64,000 nt of DNA from Paraspadella gotoi (Eukaryota > Animalia > Chaetognatha). The translations under genes were made by a program, and so were the position numbers. Below, in pieces: positions 1 through 13,964 of the stretch. The stretch lies in assembly GCA_051294375.1 (NCBI GenBank), contig CM119266.1:18834087-18898086 (forward strand), given 5' to 3'. A model generated the notes under the pieces. The model had not been told where the DNA came from and did not search any database. It saw only the letters and a program-made list of their open reading frames with translations. Each line of letters starts with the position of its first letter. Position 1 is the stretch's first letter.

Positions 1-2876
1 CGCGTTCGTATTCATTACCCTTTTTAAATTTGTATAAAAACAGGACGATTTGTTTTCATAGTTTTTTTTTTTTTTCAAATTTTTTTCTGAAAAGCAGAAA
101 ATAAGTCGGCGCACTTCGTCGTCATAATAGTCGTCGTCGTCGTCGACGTCAGACCCTGAATGTCGTTCATCTCATCGACGTCGTCGTCCAAATCTCAAAG
201 TTTGAAAAGAGTTAATGATTTTGGAAAGGACGGCGTTTAGTTACGCCTCAGCGCCTCCCACTCGGACCATCGCCGACTACGTGGCCCCTTCGACTTAGTT
301 TAAAAAAGTGGGGCTAAGCTCGATCGGGGCCCCCATACGTTCTGAACGAAAAAAATAGAAAAACAATTGGTATTCATTGCGGTTTTTCGGAGGATGAAAT
401 TTTTGTATCGAGATTTTCGGGGTTTGAGAGTTGAGAGAAGATTTGGGTCGGCGCTGAATTCAATTCGAACAAAAGACGCTTTGTTCTCGAACCCCGAACC
501 TTTTGTTTGGCGCGAGGCAAAGATGGGGGAGAGAGAGAGGGACGACGACGACGAGGACGACGACGACGACGACGACGACGAAGACGCGTGGAAATCGATA
601 ATAAAGTTTTTTGAAGAATAGAATTTATTTTTGTTACGAGGTGACGACGTGTGTAACGAGAAAGAGGAGATTGGGGGTTTGATAAATCGCGGGGGGGGGT
701 GAGTGTTTGAAAAAGGGGGGAGGGTTGGGGAAAGAGTCATGGGCTTCATTGTTTTTAGGCGGAGAGATGGAAGATCGAAGCGAAGAAAATAAAAAAGGGT
801 TAGAGGGAGAATTATTTGCTCGGACGCGAAGTTGTTAAAAACGTCACGGAGTTGGGAAGGATAATTGGATCTTAACGCGGGAAGATTTTTAGGGACGTTG
901 ACGATGACTGTTCTACTTTTATGGGGGAGCATCTCCGGACTCTTTATTTGATATGAAAAGAGTACAATTTTTAATAAAGGCGCATTTGATATTAGAAAGA
1001 AGAGATAAAACCAAAAAAAAAGGCGGACGAATGTCGTAAACGTATCCAACCATTATTTGCAAACACAAAGTGAGGCAACTCGAAATTAATAGTCTCTCGC
1101 ACGATTTTCTTGAAGGGAAGAAAAAAAAAAGAAGAAAAAGAAAAAGAAGAAAAAGAGAAAAAGAAAGAAGAAAGAGAAAGAAAGATCCGAGAGCAACGAC
1201 GCTAAGCTCTTTGTGTCACAATCCGCCATTTCCAATTCTTTCTTTCTTTCTCCCCATCCCGCGCTTTCCACTACTGACGCCCCCTCCCCCCTCTCCCGGC
1301 CACGCGCGCGGGTGTGTCGCTCGCGTGGAGAGAAAGATGCGCAGAAACGAAAGGAGGCCCCGCGCCGTGGACTCCGCTAGGACGGCCTTTTCCCTTCCCC
1401 TTTAATTTCTCTGCCTTTCCTTCCCCTTCCCTTCCCCCTTTCCTTTCACTTCCCTTCTCCTTTACTTTTCCCTCCCTACACTTTCCAATCATTCCTTTCT
1501 GCCTTTCCTTCCCCTTCCCATTCCCCTTTCCCTTTCACTTCGCCCTTCTCCTTTCCTTTTCACTTTCCCTTAACCCGCTTTCGCTTTTCCCTTCCCTTTC
1601 CTGCTTTTTCTTACCTATTCCCTTCCCTTATCCCCTTCCATTCCACTTTCCCGATTCCCTTCCCCTTCCCCTTCCCTTCCCTTAATCCCTTTCCCCTTTT
1701 CCTTCTTTTCCTCTTTCCTTCTTTCCTCTTTTCCTTCTTTCCCCTTTCCTTCTTTTCCATTTTTTCCTTCTTTCTCCTTTTTTCTTCTTTCCCTCTTTCT
1801 CTTCTTTCCTAGCTTTACTTTTTTCCCCTTTACCTTCTAACCCCACATTCCTTTAACTCTATTACGCTTCTCCGCCATTTTACTTCACTCTTTTTCTCTC
1901 TCATTCTCTCTTCTCTCTCTTCCGATCTCTCTCTCTTCTCTCGTCTCGTCTCTCATCTCTCTCTCTCTCTCTCGTCATTCATCTCTCCTCTCTCAACTAC
2001 TCTTCCTGCCCCCGTCCTAGCGGAGTCCACGGGGCGGGGCCTCCCTTTCGGTTTCTTGCGGCATCTTCTCTCCAGCGGTCGAGCGACACACCCGCTGCGC
2101 CGTGGCCGGAGAGGGGGGAGGGGGCGGTCAGTAAAGTGGAAAAGCGGGGATGGGGAGAAAGAAAGAAAGAATTGGAAATGGCGGATTGTGAACACAAAAG
2201 AGCTTAGCTGTCGTTGCTCCTGCGGAATCTTTTCTTCTCTTCTTCCTTTCTTTTTCCTCTTTTCTTTCTTTTTCTTTTTCTTCTTTTTTTTTCTTCCCTT
2301 CAGAAAGATCGTGCGAGAGACCTATTAATTTCGAGGTTGCCTCACTTTGTGTTTTGCAAATAATGGTTGGATACGTTTAACGACATTCGCTCATTTTTTT
2401 TTTATATCTTCTTTCTAATATCAAATGCGGCTTTCATTAAAATTGTAACTCTTTTTCATAATTTCAAATAAAGAGTCCGGAGATGCTCCCCCCATAAAAG
2501 TCGAACAGTCATCGTCACGTCCCTAAAAAATTTCCGCGTTAAGAATCCCAAATTATCCTTCCCAACTCTCGTGACGTTTTTAACAACTCGCGTTCCGGAT
2601 GCAAATAATTCCTCCCTCTAACGCCTTTTTTATTTTCTTCCCTCGATCTCTATCTCTCCGCCTAAACAATGAAGCCCATTGACTCTTCCCCCACCCGTCT
2701 CCCCCTTTTTCACATCTACCCCACCCCTAGGTGTTCCGCGATTTATCAAACCAATCTTCCTCCTTTCTCGTTACACCACGCCGTCGTCACCTCGTAAACA
2801 AAATAAATTCTATTCTTCAAAAAACTTTTAATTAATCGTTTTCACGCCGTCGTCGTCGTCGTCGTCGTCGTCGTCT

Positions 2877-2916
<40 letters not shown>

Positions 2917-3484
2917 TCCCTCTCTCTCTCCCCATGGCTTTTGCCTCGCGCCAAAACAAAAGGTTCGGGTTCGAGAACAAAAGCGTTCTTTGTTCGAATT
3001 GAATTCAGCGCCGACCCAAATCTTCTCTCAACTCTCAAAAACCCCGAAAATCTCGATAAACAAAAATTTCATCCTCCGAAAAACCAGCAAATGAAATACC
3101 ATTGTTTTTTCTATTTTTTTCGTTCAGAACGTATGGGGGCGGCCCATCGAGCTTAGGCCCACTTTTTAAACTAAAGTCTGATAGGGGCCACGTAAGTCGG
3201 GCGATGGTCCGAGTGGGAGGCGCTAGGCGTAACTAAAACGCCGACCTTTCCAAAATTCAATTAAACATCTTTTCAAAACTTTGAAGATTTGGACGACGAC
3301 GTCGATGAGATGAACGATCATTCGGGGTCTGGACGAACGACGAGACGACGACTATTATGACGACGAAGTGCCGCTCGACTTATTTTCTGCTTCTAGAAAA
3401 AAATTTGAAAAAAAATAAAACTAATGAAAACAATCGTCCTGTTTTTATTTTACAAATTTAAAAAGGGGTAATGATACGAACGCG
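1..3484. repeat. Inverted duplication: arms 1-1385 and 2011-3484 around a ~625 bp pyrimidine-rich spacer
   Basis: The window start CGCGTTCGTATTCATTACCC is the reverse complement of GGGGTAATGATACGAACGCG ending at 3484. The inner ends ACTCCGCTAGGACGG (~1371-1385) and CCGTCCTAGCGGAGT (~2012) also match. The arms are collinear and differ by small indels. Confidence 0.95.
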
Positions 3485-3859
3485 TGTCTCCCTTCTCCTT
3501 TCCACTCTTTATCTCTTTACAATCTAATCTCCTGCCCATTCTTTCTCCTTCTCTCCACACATCCCCTTCCCGAAGTAGAGCAAAAACGAATAAGTGACAA
3601 AAGTTGGACAACAAATGAGCAAACGACGACGATGACGAAACGAAAAACGAGGGCCGACGACGAAACGAGGCTGAGGACGAAAAAAGAGAGAATAAGGCAC
3701 CATGAATTAGAAAAACGCGAAAAATGACGCAAAGTCATTTTGGCCAGCAACTTGGGAGTAATCATTTTTTTCTTACCCTCTTTCTTCTCTCTCTTCACTC
3801 TCTCTCGTGCTCTCTCTCTCTCTCTTCTCTCCTCTTCTCTCCTCTCTCGTATCTTTCCT

Positions 3860-3904
<45 letters not shown>

Positions 3905-6047
3905 GCAAAAGTATAACCGAGCCCAGGGAAAAAAAAAAGAAGGAAAGAGAAAGAAAGAACGGTAATGGGTGCAATGATGTTTGTATCTCGCTTCGTCAGA
4001 CGTTTTTTTCTTATTCCGTTCAGACTTTTTTTTCTTATTCAAAAGATGATTATTGTTTTTTGACCTTTCGCCGACGACGACGACGCACGACCGACGACGA
4101 CGACGACGACGTCAAAAAGAAAAAAAAAGAACGGCAACGTTTATAACGTCATGATGACGCAAAGACGACGTTAAGAAAGACGAAGTTGGATGAGCGCAAC
4201 GAGGAAACGACGACAACGACGTAACGCGATACACGACGCTCCCCCAGAGAAGTTACTCTCGCCCTAATGGATGCCGAAAACTCACACTTCAGCATACACG
4301 TCGTTTGCTTGTGAGACTCCGAAGGGGCCTGCCTCGCCGTCTGGCCCACTCGCCCTTCTCGCCCTCTCACCCTCTCGCCTCTACGCCCCGTCAAAGGTCA
4401 ATGTTTCCAAAACTATTTACTTTTCTTAAATCTCCTCTTTTTTTCTTTTTCTTTCAGAGCTTCCTATTCAATTTAACTTCTCTTTCTCTCTTTCTTGCTT
4501 TCTCTCTTCTTTCTTTCTTTTCTTTCTTTTTCCCATCTTTTTTTCCCTCTCCTTCACTTTTTCTATCATTAGTTCTATCATTTTTGCTTTAAAATGAGAG
4601 AAAAACTTTTCACTCGGCGCCACGCTCGTAAAAAAAAAAAGAGAAACAAAAAGACGGAAATAGATAAAAAAAAAAGTTTTGAGTTTCGAGTCCATTGACA
4701 AAAGAAAATTTGCGTTTGGTTTTTTCGTCGCATTAACGAAGTCGTTTACGCCCTCTTGAAGGGGAAAAACGCAGAAAACGAGGGAAACCGAATTTTTTAG
4801 GGACGTCAAGACGATAATGACGGTTGACGGTGAAAAACAGGGACCCAAAACTTTTGGCCAAAGCAAACAGTAATATACAGTGGCGATAAACAAGGAAATA
4901 CGGCGATCAAGAGAAGACAAAACTTTGTCCCATAGGACAAACCACTAACACCGAAACTTAAACTATGGTGAAGAGATTAAAAAAGTAAAACCAGAAAAAC
5001 GATAACCATGATGACTTTCACACACAAACAAGAGAGACAAAGGAAAAAGAAAAAAGAAAAATAAGAAAAAAGAAATAGAAAAAGAAGTAGAGAAAAAGAA
5101 AAATAAAACGAAAAAAGAAAAACGCTTTGCTTGGGTGTATTCTTGTTTCATTCTGCTTCAGGAAAAAAAAAGGAGAGAAAGACGCAAAGAATGAAGCTAA
5201 GTTCGGAAAAGTCGTTACCCGGAATCACAACAGAACGTTTGCGACTCAGGATTCAGGACTTAACGGCCGCCGTCGCCGACGCCGCCGGCTGCCGCCGCGT
5301 CCCGCTGCATGACATGAATCATTTATAAAACGGAATTTTTTTTTCTTTGATGTCAACGATTTTGTCAGATTTGTTAAGAAACATATCTGCCTCTTTCTGG
5401 TATGAAAAGTTTTTTTGAAATGATCTCAAACCTCTTTCTCCTTTCTCTTCTTCTTATGAGGATATTGATTTTGTTCAGGCTCAACGTTCAACCAAATTTC
5501 AAATGCCATTTTAAATCAAAAACACGCATTGTCTCGCTGACATGTCGTTTCATGTCAACGAGAAATAACACGGTGATAATAGGCCGTCGCTTTGGCACAA
5601 CACATTGAATTAGCCGTCTAGTTTACTTTTGTTTGTAGCTTATTGATCCTTTAGGTTCATAAGTCTCAAGACTAAGACCAAAGTTAAGGATGGATTTTTC
5701 ATTTAAAGATTTTAAGAATCGAGATTTTTTTATTCATAAAAATCAGTGAGAGTCGAATTATTTAAAACCAAGAATGGTGATTGCCAATGTGTTGCGCCGC
5801 AGGGACTATTTTTCACAAAAATGATCAACGATTATGACCATGACATTGACATCAACTAAAAAAACTTTCTTAAGCACCTTGTATTTATGAACATGCAACG
5901 TTGCATCAAAATTTTCCGTCTTTTTTCCTTATAGTTGAATTCCGTAACGCGGGCTAGCAGCTCGCTTAGATTTGAGGTTTATTTCTGTCTTAGACAATGT
6001 GGCAACACCAACAATAGGCGATTCACTATGCCTTTTTACGTAAGTGA

Positions 6048-6143
6048 ACCAGACCGACGGACAGACATAACTGACCGACCGAACTAACCCAAAATGACTT
6101 AGAGTAGGCTCCGCGCAGTTCTCGCGGCGCCAACTAAAAAAAA
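6048..6143 (-). mobile_element. Possible terminus of a non-autonomous Helentron/DINE-1-like element (mirror at ~9765-9860)
   Basis: On the minus strand a T-run is followed by a short GC hairpin (CCGCG 6111-6115 / CGCGG 6123-6127) and then degenerate GTCY/GTCG tetramers. Confidence 0.35.
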
Positions 6144-6414
6144 CTGATGTACATTTAAACCAGGTCTCAAATCTAAAATTTTCTTGTTTCTATTCGCCGA
6201 CAAAAACTTCCTTTTAAACAATACTTCTCTTGAATCCATGGTCAAAACTAATATTACATCCTTCATCCAGTGCCTCACCTCATCATGGTCGGCCCGCTCA
6301 CTTCACCTCATTCAGGCGGCTTGCCACTCGCTTTTCATCTGTTGGCGGCGCCATATCCTCGTCTCTAACATTTGCTCACTCCCACCCCTCACCGTGATAT
6401 CCTTCTCTCCTCAC

Positions 6415-6860
6415 TGAAATATTGTCTGCCTCCTCACCGCCAATATTTGTCTGCTCCTCACAGTGTTATTATCTGCTCTCATCATTGTTATTTTCCTGCT
6501 CCTTGCCACAATATCATCTGCTCTTCATCATGATTTCGTCTACTTCACATGTACATCCTCCACGCAATATTGTCTGCTCCTTCAGCACAAAATTATCGTC
6601 TGCCATATGCGCGATAATCGTCCTGCTCTTGCTTTTGATATTGTCAGCTACTCACCGTGAATTGGTCCTGCTCCTCACTGCCAATTATGTTTTGCTCCCT
6701 CACCACAATATTTCTGCTCTTCAACCCCGATTACAGTCCTGCTCCTACCACAATATCGTCTGCTCCTCACTGCAATATCGTTTGCTCCTCAAATGTGAAA
6801 TTATTCCACTCCTACGTGATATCGTCTGCTCTTCATCGGTGATAATCGTCTGCTACTATC
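6415..6860 (+). repeat. Degenerate ~22-24 bp minisatellite, consensus ~AATATTGTCTGCTCCTCACCAC (mirror at ~8985-9470)
   Basis: ATAT(T/C)GTCTGCTCCTCAC-like motifs recur throughout, which explains the spurious 242-aa ORF. Confidence 0.85.
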
Positions 6861-7376
6861 ACCCTAGCCAAACGCACGATTCCTCGTCCCTTCTTTCGTC
6901 GTCGTCTGGACGGCGATTATATGTTAATAAGGATAATGACCCATGTCCTACTCTCTCTCTCTCACTCTTTTCTCCTCTTCTCTCTCTTCTCTCTCCGTCT
7001 CTCTCTCTCTCTCTCTCGTTTTCTTCTTCTGTTTTCCTCTCTCTCCTCTCGACTCTCTCTCTCGTCTTCTNNNNNNNNNNNNNNNNNNNNNNNNNGTCTT
7101 TCCCTTTTTCTTTTTCCTCTTTTCCTTCTTTTCCATTTTTACCTTTCTAACCCACATTCCTTAACTCTATTACCGTGTGTTCTCCCTCATTTTCTTCACT
7201 CTTTTTCTCTCTCATTCTCTCTCTTCTCTCTCTCGTCTCTCTCTCTCTCTCTCCTCGTCTTCTCTCTCTCTCTCTCTCTCTCTCTCCTCTCTCTCTCAAC
7301 CTACTCTTCCCCAAAAGGAAAAGGAAAAGGAAAAGGAAAAGGAAAAGGGGAAGTGAAAGGGAAAGGGGAAGAAAGG

Positions 7377-10300
7377 GGCCGCTACGATCCATCCCGAACA
7401 AAAGACATTATCGGAACAAAGGAAAGTCGAGGCGACGGGTCGGGACAAAGAAATCGAATGTAGATTGGAAGAGAAAGAAAGATGAAATCAAAAAAAATAG
7501 AAGGGAGGAGAGAGAAAGGAGAGAAAGGCAGAGGAAGGCAGAGGAAGGGCTCAGTCCGAAGCCGTAGTCAAAAACAAATCTGAGCTGAAAGATTGAAAAG
7601 ATATAGAGAAAGATGTGGGAGTTAGGGGCCTTGGCTGAAGGGACTGGCTCGAGCTTGGCTTCGATCCAGGACTGGTGGATCTTTTGTGCTCGGAGGAGAA
7701 AGACGAACGGCGAGGGTCGATATCAACGTCCGTCCAAGAATGAGAAGATTAGTTTCTGGCATTTTTCTATGAAAAAAAAAAATAAAAGGGAAGTTCGTTT
7801 TTGAGGGAATTTTTCCATCAGCGAAATCTCATCTCATTCATTCTCTCATTTCGTATTTAATCTCATCGCCGGTTTCTATCATATGAATAGTACATTTCTT
7901 TTTCTTTTTTATTTTAAATAAATTAATTATGGCAACTCTCTCTTCGATTCGTTTCCCTGAGACTCTAGTCACATTGTTTTAAACTTTCTAATAGCAATTA
8001 ATCCCACTATTTAAAAAAAATCTAATTATCTTAAATTTTCACAACAAATTGATATAGAATTTACTATGAAAAATTGCAGGATTACTTGTTTTACTAAATT
8101 AGACTTTAAAATTTTATATTAAAATTTTATGTTATTTTCCTTTCTTTTTCGTTGTGTATTGTGATTTAGAGAAAAGTTTGAATTTAGTGACCACAACGAA
8201 TTTTTTTTATTAAGAAAACGGACAAGTTTCTGTTCACAATACGAACCTTCATCAGCTTCATTTTTAAAATAAATGTAAGAATTTAATAAATTTCACTATA
8301 TATTAGATTTAATTATATTTTTTACATAGAGTAGTTAGCGTTGTCTTCTGGAAATAGAGGGAGCATCTATACAACACAAAGTTAAAAGTTACTTTCTGTC
8401 CTAGTTTTCTAATTAGATATTAGACATCATTCTTGTGAAGAAGTCATTTATTGAAAATTACAAAATATCTAAAAGTCTGAACAGAAAGGGGTGGAGAGGA
8501 TAAGCTTAAATAAACTCTGTAATAAATAACAAAACCCTGCAAGGTTTTAATCAAAATGCTCTCGCTGTAGAGTTTAATAGTATTTCCTTAAGAATGAAGT
8601 AGTAATATAAATTTTCTTATCCTAAATATCCCACAACACTTAAGGCGAAACAAAAATCATCGACACGGCAGCCGCCGCCACGAGATCGTTTTTGTTTGCA
8701 GAGAAAGAAACAAGACGAAAACAAGACATAAACAAGACAAAAAAAAGGATATAAGACATTCTCCTTTTTGCCAAGAAGACGAGAGAGAGAGTCGAGAGGA
8801 GAGAGAGGAAAACAGAAGAAGAAAACGAGAGAGAGAGAGAGAGAGACGGAGAGAGAAGAGAGAGAAGAGGAGAAAAGAGTGAGAGGAGAGAGAGTAGGAC
8901 ATGGAGTCATTATCCTTATTACATATAATCGCCGTCCAGACGAGACGAAAGAAGGGTACGAGGAATCGTGCGTTTGTGCTAGGGTGATAGTAGCAGACGA
9001 ATTATCACCGATTGAAGAGCTAGAACATATCACGGTTGAGGAGTGGATAATTATCACATTTGAGGAGCAAAACGATATTGCAGTGAGGCAAGCAGACGAT
9101 ATTGTGGTAGGAGCAGGAACCTCGAATAATCGGGGTTGAAGAGCCAGAAATATTGTGGTGAGGAGCAAAACAATATGCAGTGAGGGAGCAGGACCAATAT
9201 CACGGTGAGTAGCTGACAATATCAAAGCAAGAGCAGGACGCATTATCGCGCATATGGGCAGACGATAATTTTTGTGCTGAAAGGAGGCAAGAACAATATT
9301 GCGGTGAGGAGCAGATGTATCATGGTGAGAGTAGACGAAATCATGATGAAGAGCAGATGATATTGTGGCAAGGAGCAGAAAATAACATGATGAGGAAGCA
9401 GAAATAACACTGTGAGGAGCAGACAAATATTGCGGTGAGGAGCAGACAATATTTCAGTGAGGAGAGAAGAATTATCCACGGTGAGGGTGTGGGCAGTGCA
9501 GCAAAATGTTAAGACGAGGATATGGCGCCCCCCCCCAACAGATGAAAAAGCGAGTGGGCAGCCGCCTTGATGAGGTGAAGTGAGCGGGCCGACCTGATGA
9601 GTGTGAGGCACTTGGTTATGAAGATGGTAATATTAGTTTTGACCAATGATTCAGAGAACTGTTATTGTTTTAAGAAGGAATGTTTTTTTGTCGGCGTAAT
9701 AGAAACAAGGAAATATGAGAAAAGGAGAAACCTGGTTTAACCATGATAACCACAGAATCAGAATTTTTAGTTGCCGCCGCTGAGAACTGCGCGGAGCCGT
9801 ACTCTAAGTCACTTTTGGGTTAGTTCTTGTCGGTCAGTTATGTCTGTCCGTCGGTTCTGTCACTTACGTTAAAAAGGCATTATAATTCGCCTATTGTTGG
9901 TGGCCAATTGTTAAGACAGAAAAAACCTCAAATCTAAGCGACTGCTATAAGCTATAAGGAATAAAAGACGGGAAAATTTTGATGCAGTTGCATGTTCATA
10001 AATACAAGGTGCTTAAGAAAGTTTTTTTAGTTGATGTCATGTCATTTGTCATATCGTTTGATCATTTTTGTGAAAAATAAAGTCCCTGCGGCGCAACACA
10101 TTGGAATCACCATTCTTGGTTTTAAATAATTTCACTACTCACTGATTTTTGAGGAATAAAAAAAAATCTCGATTCTTTAAATCTTTAAATGAAAATCCAT
10201 CCTTAACTTTGGTTCTTAGTGAGACTTATGAACCTTAAAGGATCAATAAGCTTACAAACAAAAGTAAACTAGACCGGCTAATTCAATGTGTGTGTGCCAA

Positions 10301-13300
10301 AGCGACGGCCTATTTCACGTGTTATTTCTCGTTGACATGAAACGACATGTCACGAGACATGCGTTTTTTGATTTAAAATGCATTGAATTTGTTGAACGTT
10401 TGAGACCTGAACAAAATCAATATCCCATAAGAAAGAGAGAAAGGAGAGAAAAGAGGTTTGAAATCATTTCAAAAAAAACTTTTCAATACCAGAAAGAGAG
10501 CAGAATGTTTCTTACAAATCTGACAAAATTCGTGACATCAAAGCAAAATCGTTTATAATGATTCATGTCAATCAGCGGGACGGGCGGCAGCGGCGGCTGT
10601 CGGCACGGCGGCACCGTTAAGTCTGAATCCTGAGTCGCAAACGTTTCTGTTGGATTCCGGGTAACGACTTTTCCGAATTAGCTTCATTTTTGCGTCTTTC
10701 TCTCCTTTTTTTTTCCTGAAGCAGATGAAACAAGGAATCACCCAAGCAAACGTTTTTCTTTTTTCGTTTTATTTTTCTTTTTCTTACTTCTTTTTCTATT
10801 TCTTTTTTCTTATTTTCTTTTTCTTTTTCCTTCTCCTTTGTTTGTCCGTCGTGAAAGTCATCATGGTTATCTTTTTCTGGTTTTACTTTTTTATCTCTCA
10901 CCATAGTTTAAGTTTCGGTGTTAGTTGGTTGTCCTATGGACAAAGTTTGTCTTTCTCTGTCGCCGTATTCCTTGTTTGTCGCCACTGTATATTACTGTTT
11001 GCTTTGGCCAAAAGTTTTGGGTCCCTGTTTTTCACCGTCAACCGTCATTATCGTCTTGACGTCCCTAAAAAATTCGGTTTCCCTCGTTTTCTGCGTTTTT
11101 CCCCTTCAAGAGGGCGTAAACGACTTCGTTAATGCGACGAAAAAACCAAACGCAAATTTTCTTTTGTCAATGGACTCGAAACTCAAAACTTTTTTTTTTA
11201 TCTATTTCCGTCTTTTTGTTTCTCTTTTTTTTTTTACGAGCGTGGCGCCGAGTGAAAAGTTTTTCTCTCATTTTAAAGCAAAAATGATAGAACTAATGAT
11301 AGAAAAAGTGAAGGAGAGGGAAAAAAAGATGGGAAAAAGAAAGAAAAGAAAGAAAGAAGAGAGAAAGCAAGAAAGAGAGAAAGAGAAGTTAAATTGAATA
11401 GGAAGCTCTGAAAGAAAAAGAAAAAAAGAGGAGATTTAAGAAAAGTAAATAGTTTTGGAAACATTGACCTTTGACGGGGCGTAGAGGCGAGAGGGTGAGA
11501 GGGCGAGAAGGGCGAGTGGGCCAGACGGCGAGGCAGGCCCCTTCGGAGTCTCACAAGCAAACGACGTGTATGCTGAAGTGTGAGTTTTCGGCATCCATTA
11601 GGGCGAGAGTAACTTCTCTGGGGGAGCGTCGTGTATCGCGTTACGTCGTTGTCGTCGTTTCCTCGTTGCGCTCATCCAACTTCGTCTTTCTTAAGCGTCG
11701 TCTTTGTGCGTCATCATGACGTTAATAAACGTATGCGTTCTTTTTGAGATTCTTTATTGACGTCGTCGTCGTCGTGTCGGTCGTCGTCGTCGTCGTGGAA
11801 GAAAAATATCATTTTGAATATAGAAAAAAAGAGTCTGAACGAATAAGAAAAAACGTCTGACGAAGCGAGATACAAACATCATTGCACCCATTACCTGTCT
11901 TATCTTTTCTCTTTCCTTCTTATTTTTTTTTCCACTGGGCTCGTGTTATACTGTTTGCGACGAGAGAGAGAGAGAGAGATGAGAGAGAGGAGAGAGAGAG
12001 TGAGGAGAGAGAGAGAGAGAGATACAAGAGAGGAGAGAGAGGGGACGAGACTAGGGGGAGAGAAGAGTAAGGAGAGAAGGATAGAAAAATGATTACTCCC
12101 AAGTCGCTGGCCAAATGACTTGTGCGTCATTTTTCGCGTTTTCCTAATTCCAATGGGCCTTATTCTCTCTCTTCTTGCGCGAAGCGTCCTCCAAGTCCGC
12201 GACTGTTTCGTCGTAGCGGCGCCCTCATAGTTATTGCGTTCGGTCATCGTCGTCGTTTTGCTCATTTGTTGTCCAACTTTTGTCACTTATTCGTCGGTTT
12301 TGCTTCTACTTCGGGAAGGGGATGTGTGGAGAGAAGGAGAAAGAAATTGGGCGGAATTTAAGATGTAAAGAGATAAAGAGTGGAAAGGAGAAGGGAGTAC
12401 ACGCGTTCGTAATCATTACCCTTTTTAAATTTGTATAATAAACAGACCGATTGGTTTTCATTAGTATTTTTTTCAAATTTTTTTCTGAAAAGCAGACAAT
12501 ATAAGTCGGGCGCACTTCGTCGTCATAAAATAAGTCCGTCGTCGTCGTCCGTTCGTCCAGACCACTGAATGATCGTTCATCTCATCGACGTCGTCGTCCA
12601 AATCTTCAAAGTTTTGAAAAAGAGTTTAATGAATTTTGGAAAGGACGGCGTTTAGTTACGCCTAGCGCCTCCCACTCCGACCATCGCCGACTTACGTGGC
12701 CCTATCAGAACTTAGTTTAAAAAGTGGGCGCTAAGCTCGATGCCGGCCCCCATACGTTCTGAACGAAAAAAAAGAAAAACATATGGTATTTCATTTGCGG
12801 TTTTTCGGAGATGAAATTTTTGTTATCGAGATTTTCGGGGTTTTGAGAGTTTGAGAGAAGATTTGGGTCGGGCGCTGAATTCAATTCGAACAAAAACGCT
12901 TTTGTTCTCGGAACCCCGAAACCTTTTGTTTTGGCGCGAGGCAAACATGGGGAGAGAGAGAGGGACGACGACGACGAGACGACGACGACCGACGACGACG
13001 ACGACACGACGACGACGACGTACCGACGACGACGACGCGCGTGAAAACATAATAAAAGTTTTTTGAAGAATAGAATTTATTTTTTGTTACGAGGTGACGC
13101 GCGTGGTGTAACGAGAAAGGAGGAGATTGGGTTTGATATAATCGCGGAATAGGGGGGGGAGTGTTTGAAAAAGGGGGGACGGGTGGGGGAAGAGTCAATG
13201 GGTTCATTGTTTTTAGGCGGAGAGATAGGAAGATCGAGGAAGAAAATAAAAAAGGGTTAGAGGAGGAATTATTTGCTCGGACGCGAAGTTGTTAAAACGT

Positions 13301-13933
13301 TCACGAGAAGTTGGGAAGGATAATTGGATTCTTAACGGCGGAAATTTTTAGGGACGTGACGATGACTGTTCGACTTTTATGGGGGAGCATCTCCGGACCT
13401 CTTTATTTGAATTATGAAAAAGAGTACAATTTTTAATGAAAGCCGCATTTGATATTAGAAAGAAGAGATAAAACAAAAAATGAAGGGACGAATGTCGTAA
13501 AACGTACCAAACATTATTTTGAAACACAAAGTGAGGCAACCTCGAAATTAATAGTCTCTCGCACGATCTTTCTTGAAGGGAAGAAAAAAAAAGAAGAAAA
13601 AGAAAAAGAAAGAAAAGAGAAAAAAGAGAAGAGAGAAAAGATATCCCGAGCAACGCGCTAAGCTCTTTGTGTCACAATCCGCCATTTCCAATTCCTTTCT
13701 TTCTTTCTCCCATCCCCGCTTTTCCACTTCTGACCGCCCCCTCCCCCCTCTCCCGGCCACGGCGCAGCGGGTGTGTCGCTCGCCGCTGGAGAGTAAAGAT
13801 GCGCAAGAACGAAAGGAGGCCCCGCGCCGTGGACTCCGCTAAGGACGGGGGCAGGAAGAGTAGTTGAGAGAGGAGAAGATGAATGACGGAGAGAGAGAGA
13901 GAGAGGATGAGAGACGAGAGAGAGAGAGAGTAG

Positions 13934-13964
<31 letters not shown>

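Noticed and set aside
6422-7150. 242-aa Cys/Ser-rich ORF and mirror ORF 8617-9426
   Set aside because: It derives from a ~23 bp minisatellite and (CT)n, runs through an N gap, and its frame is not kept in the mirror copy.
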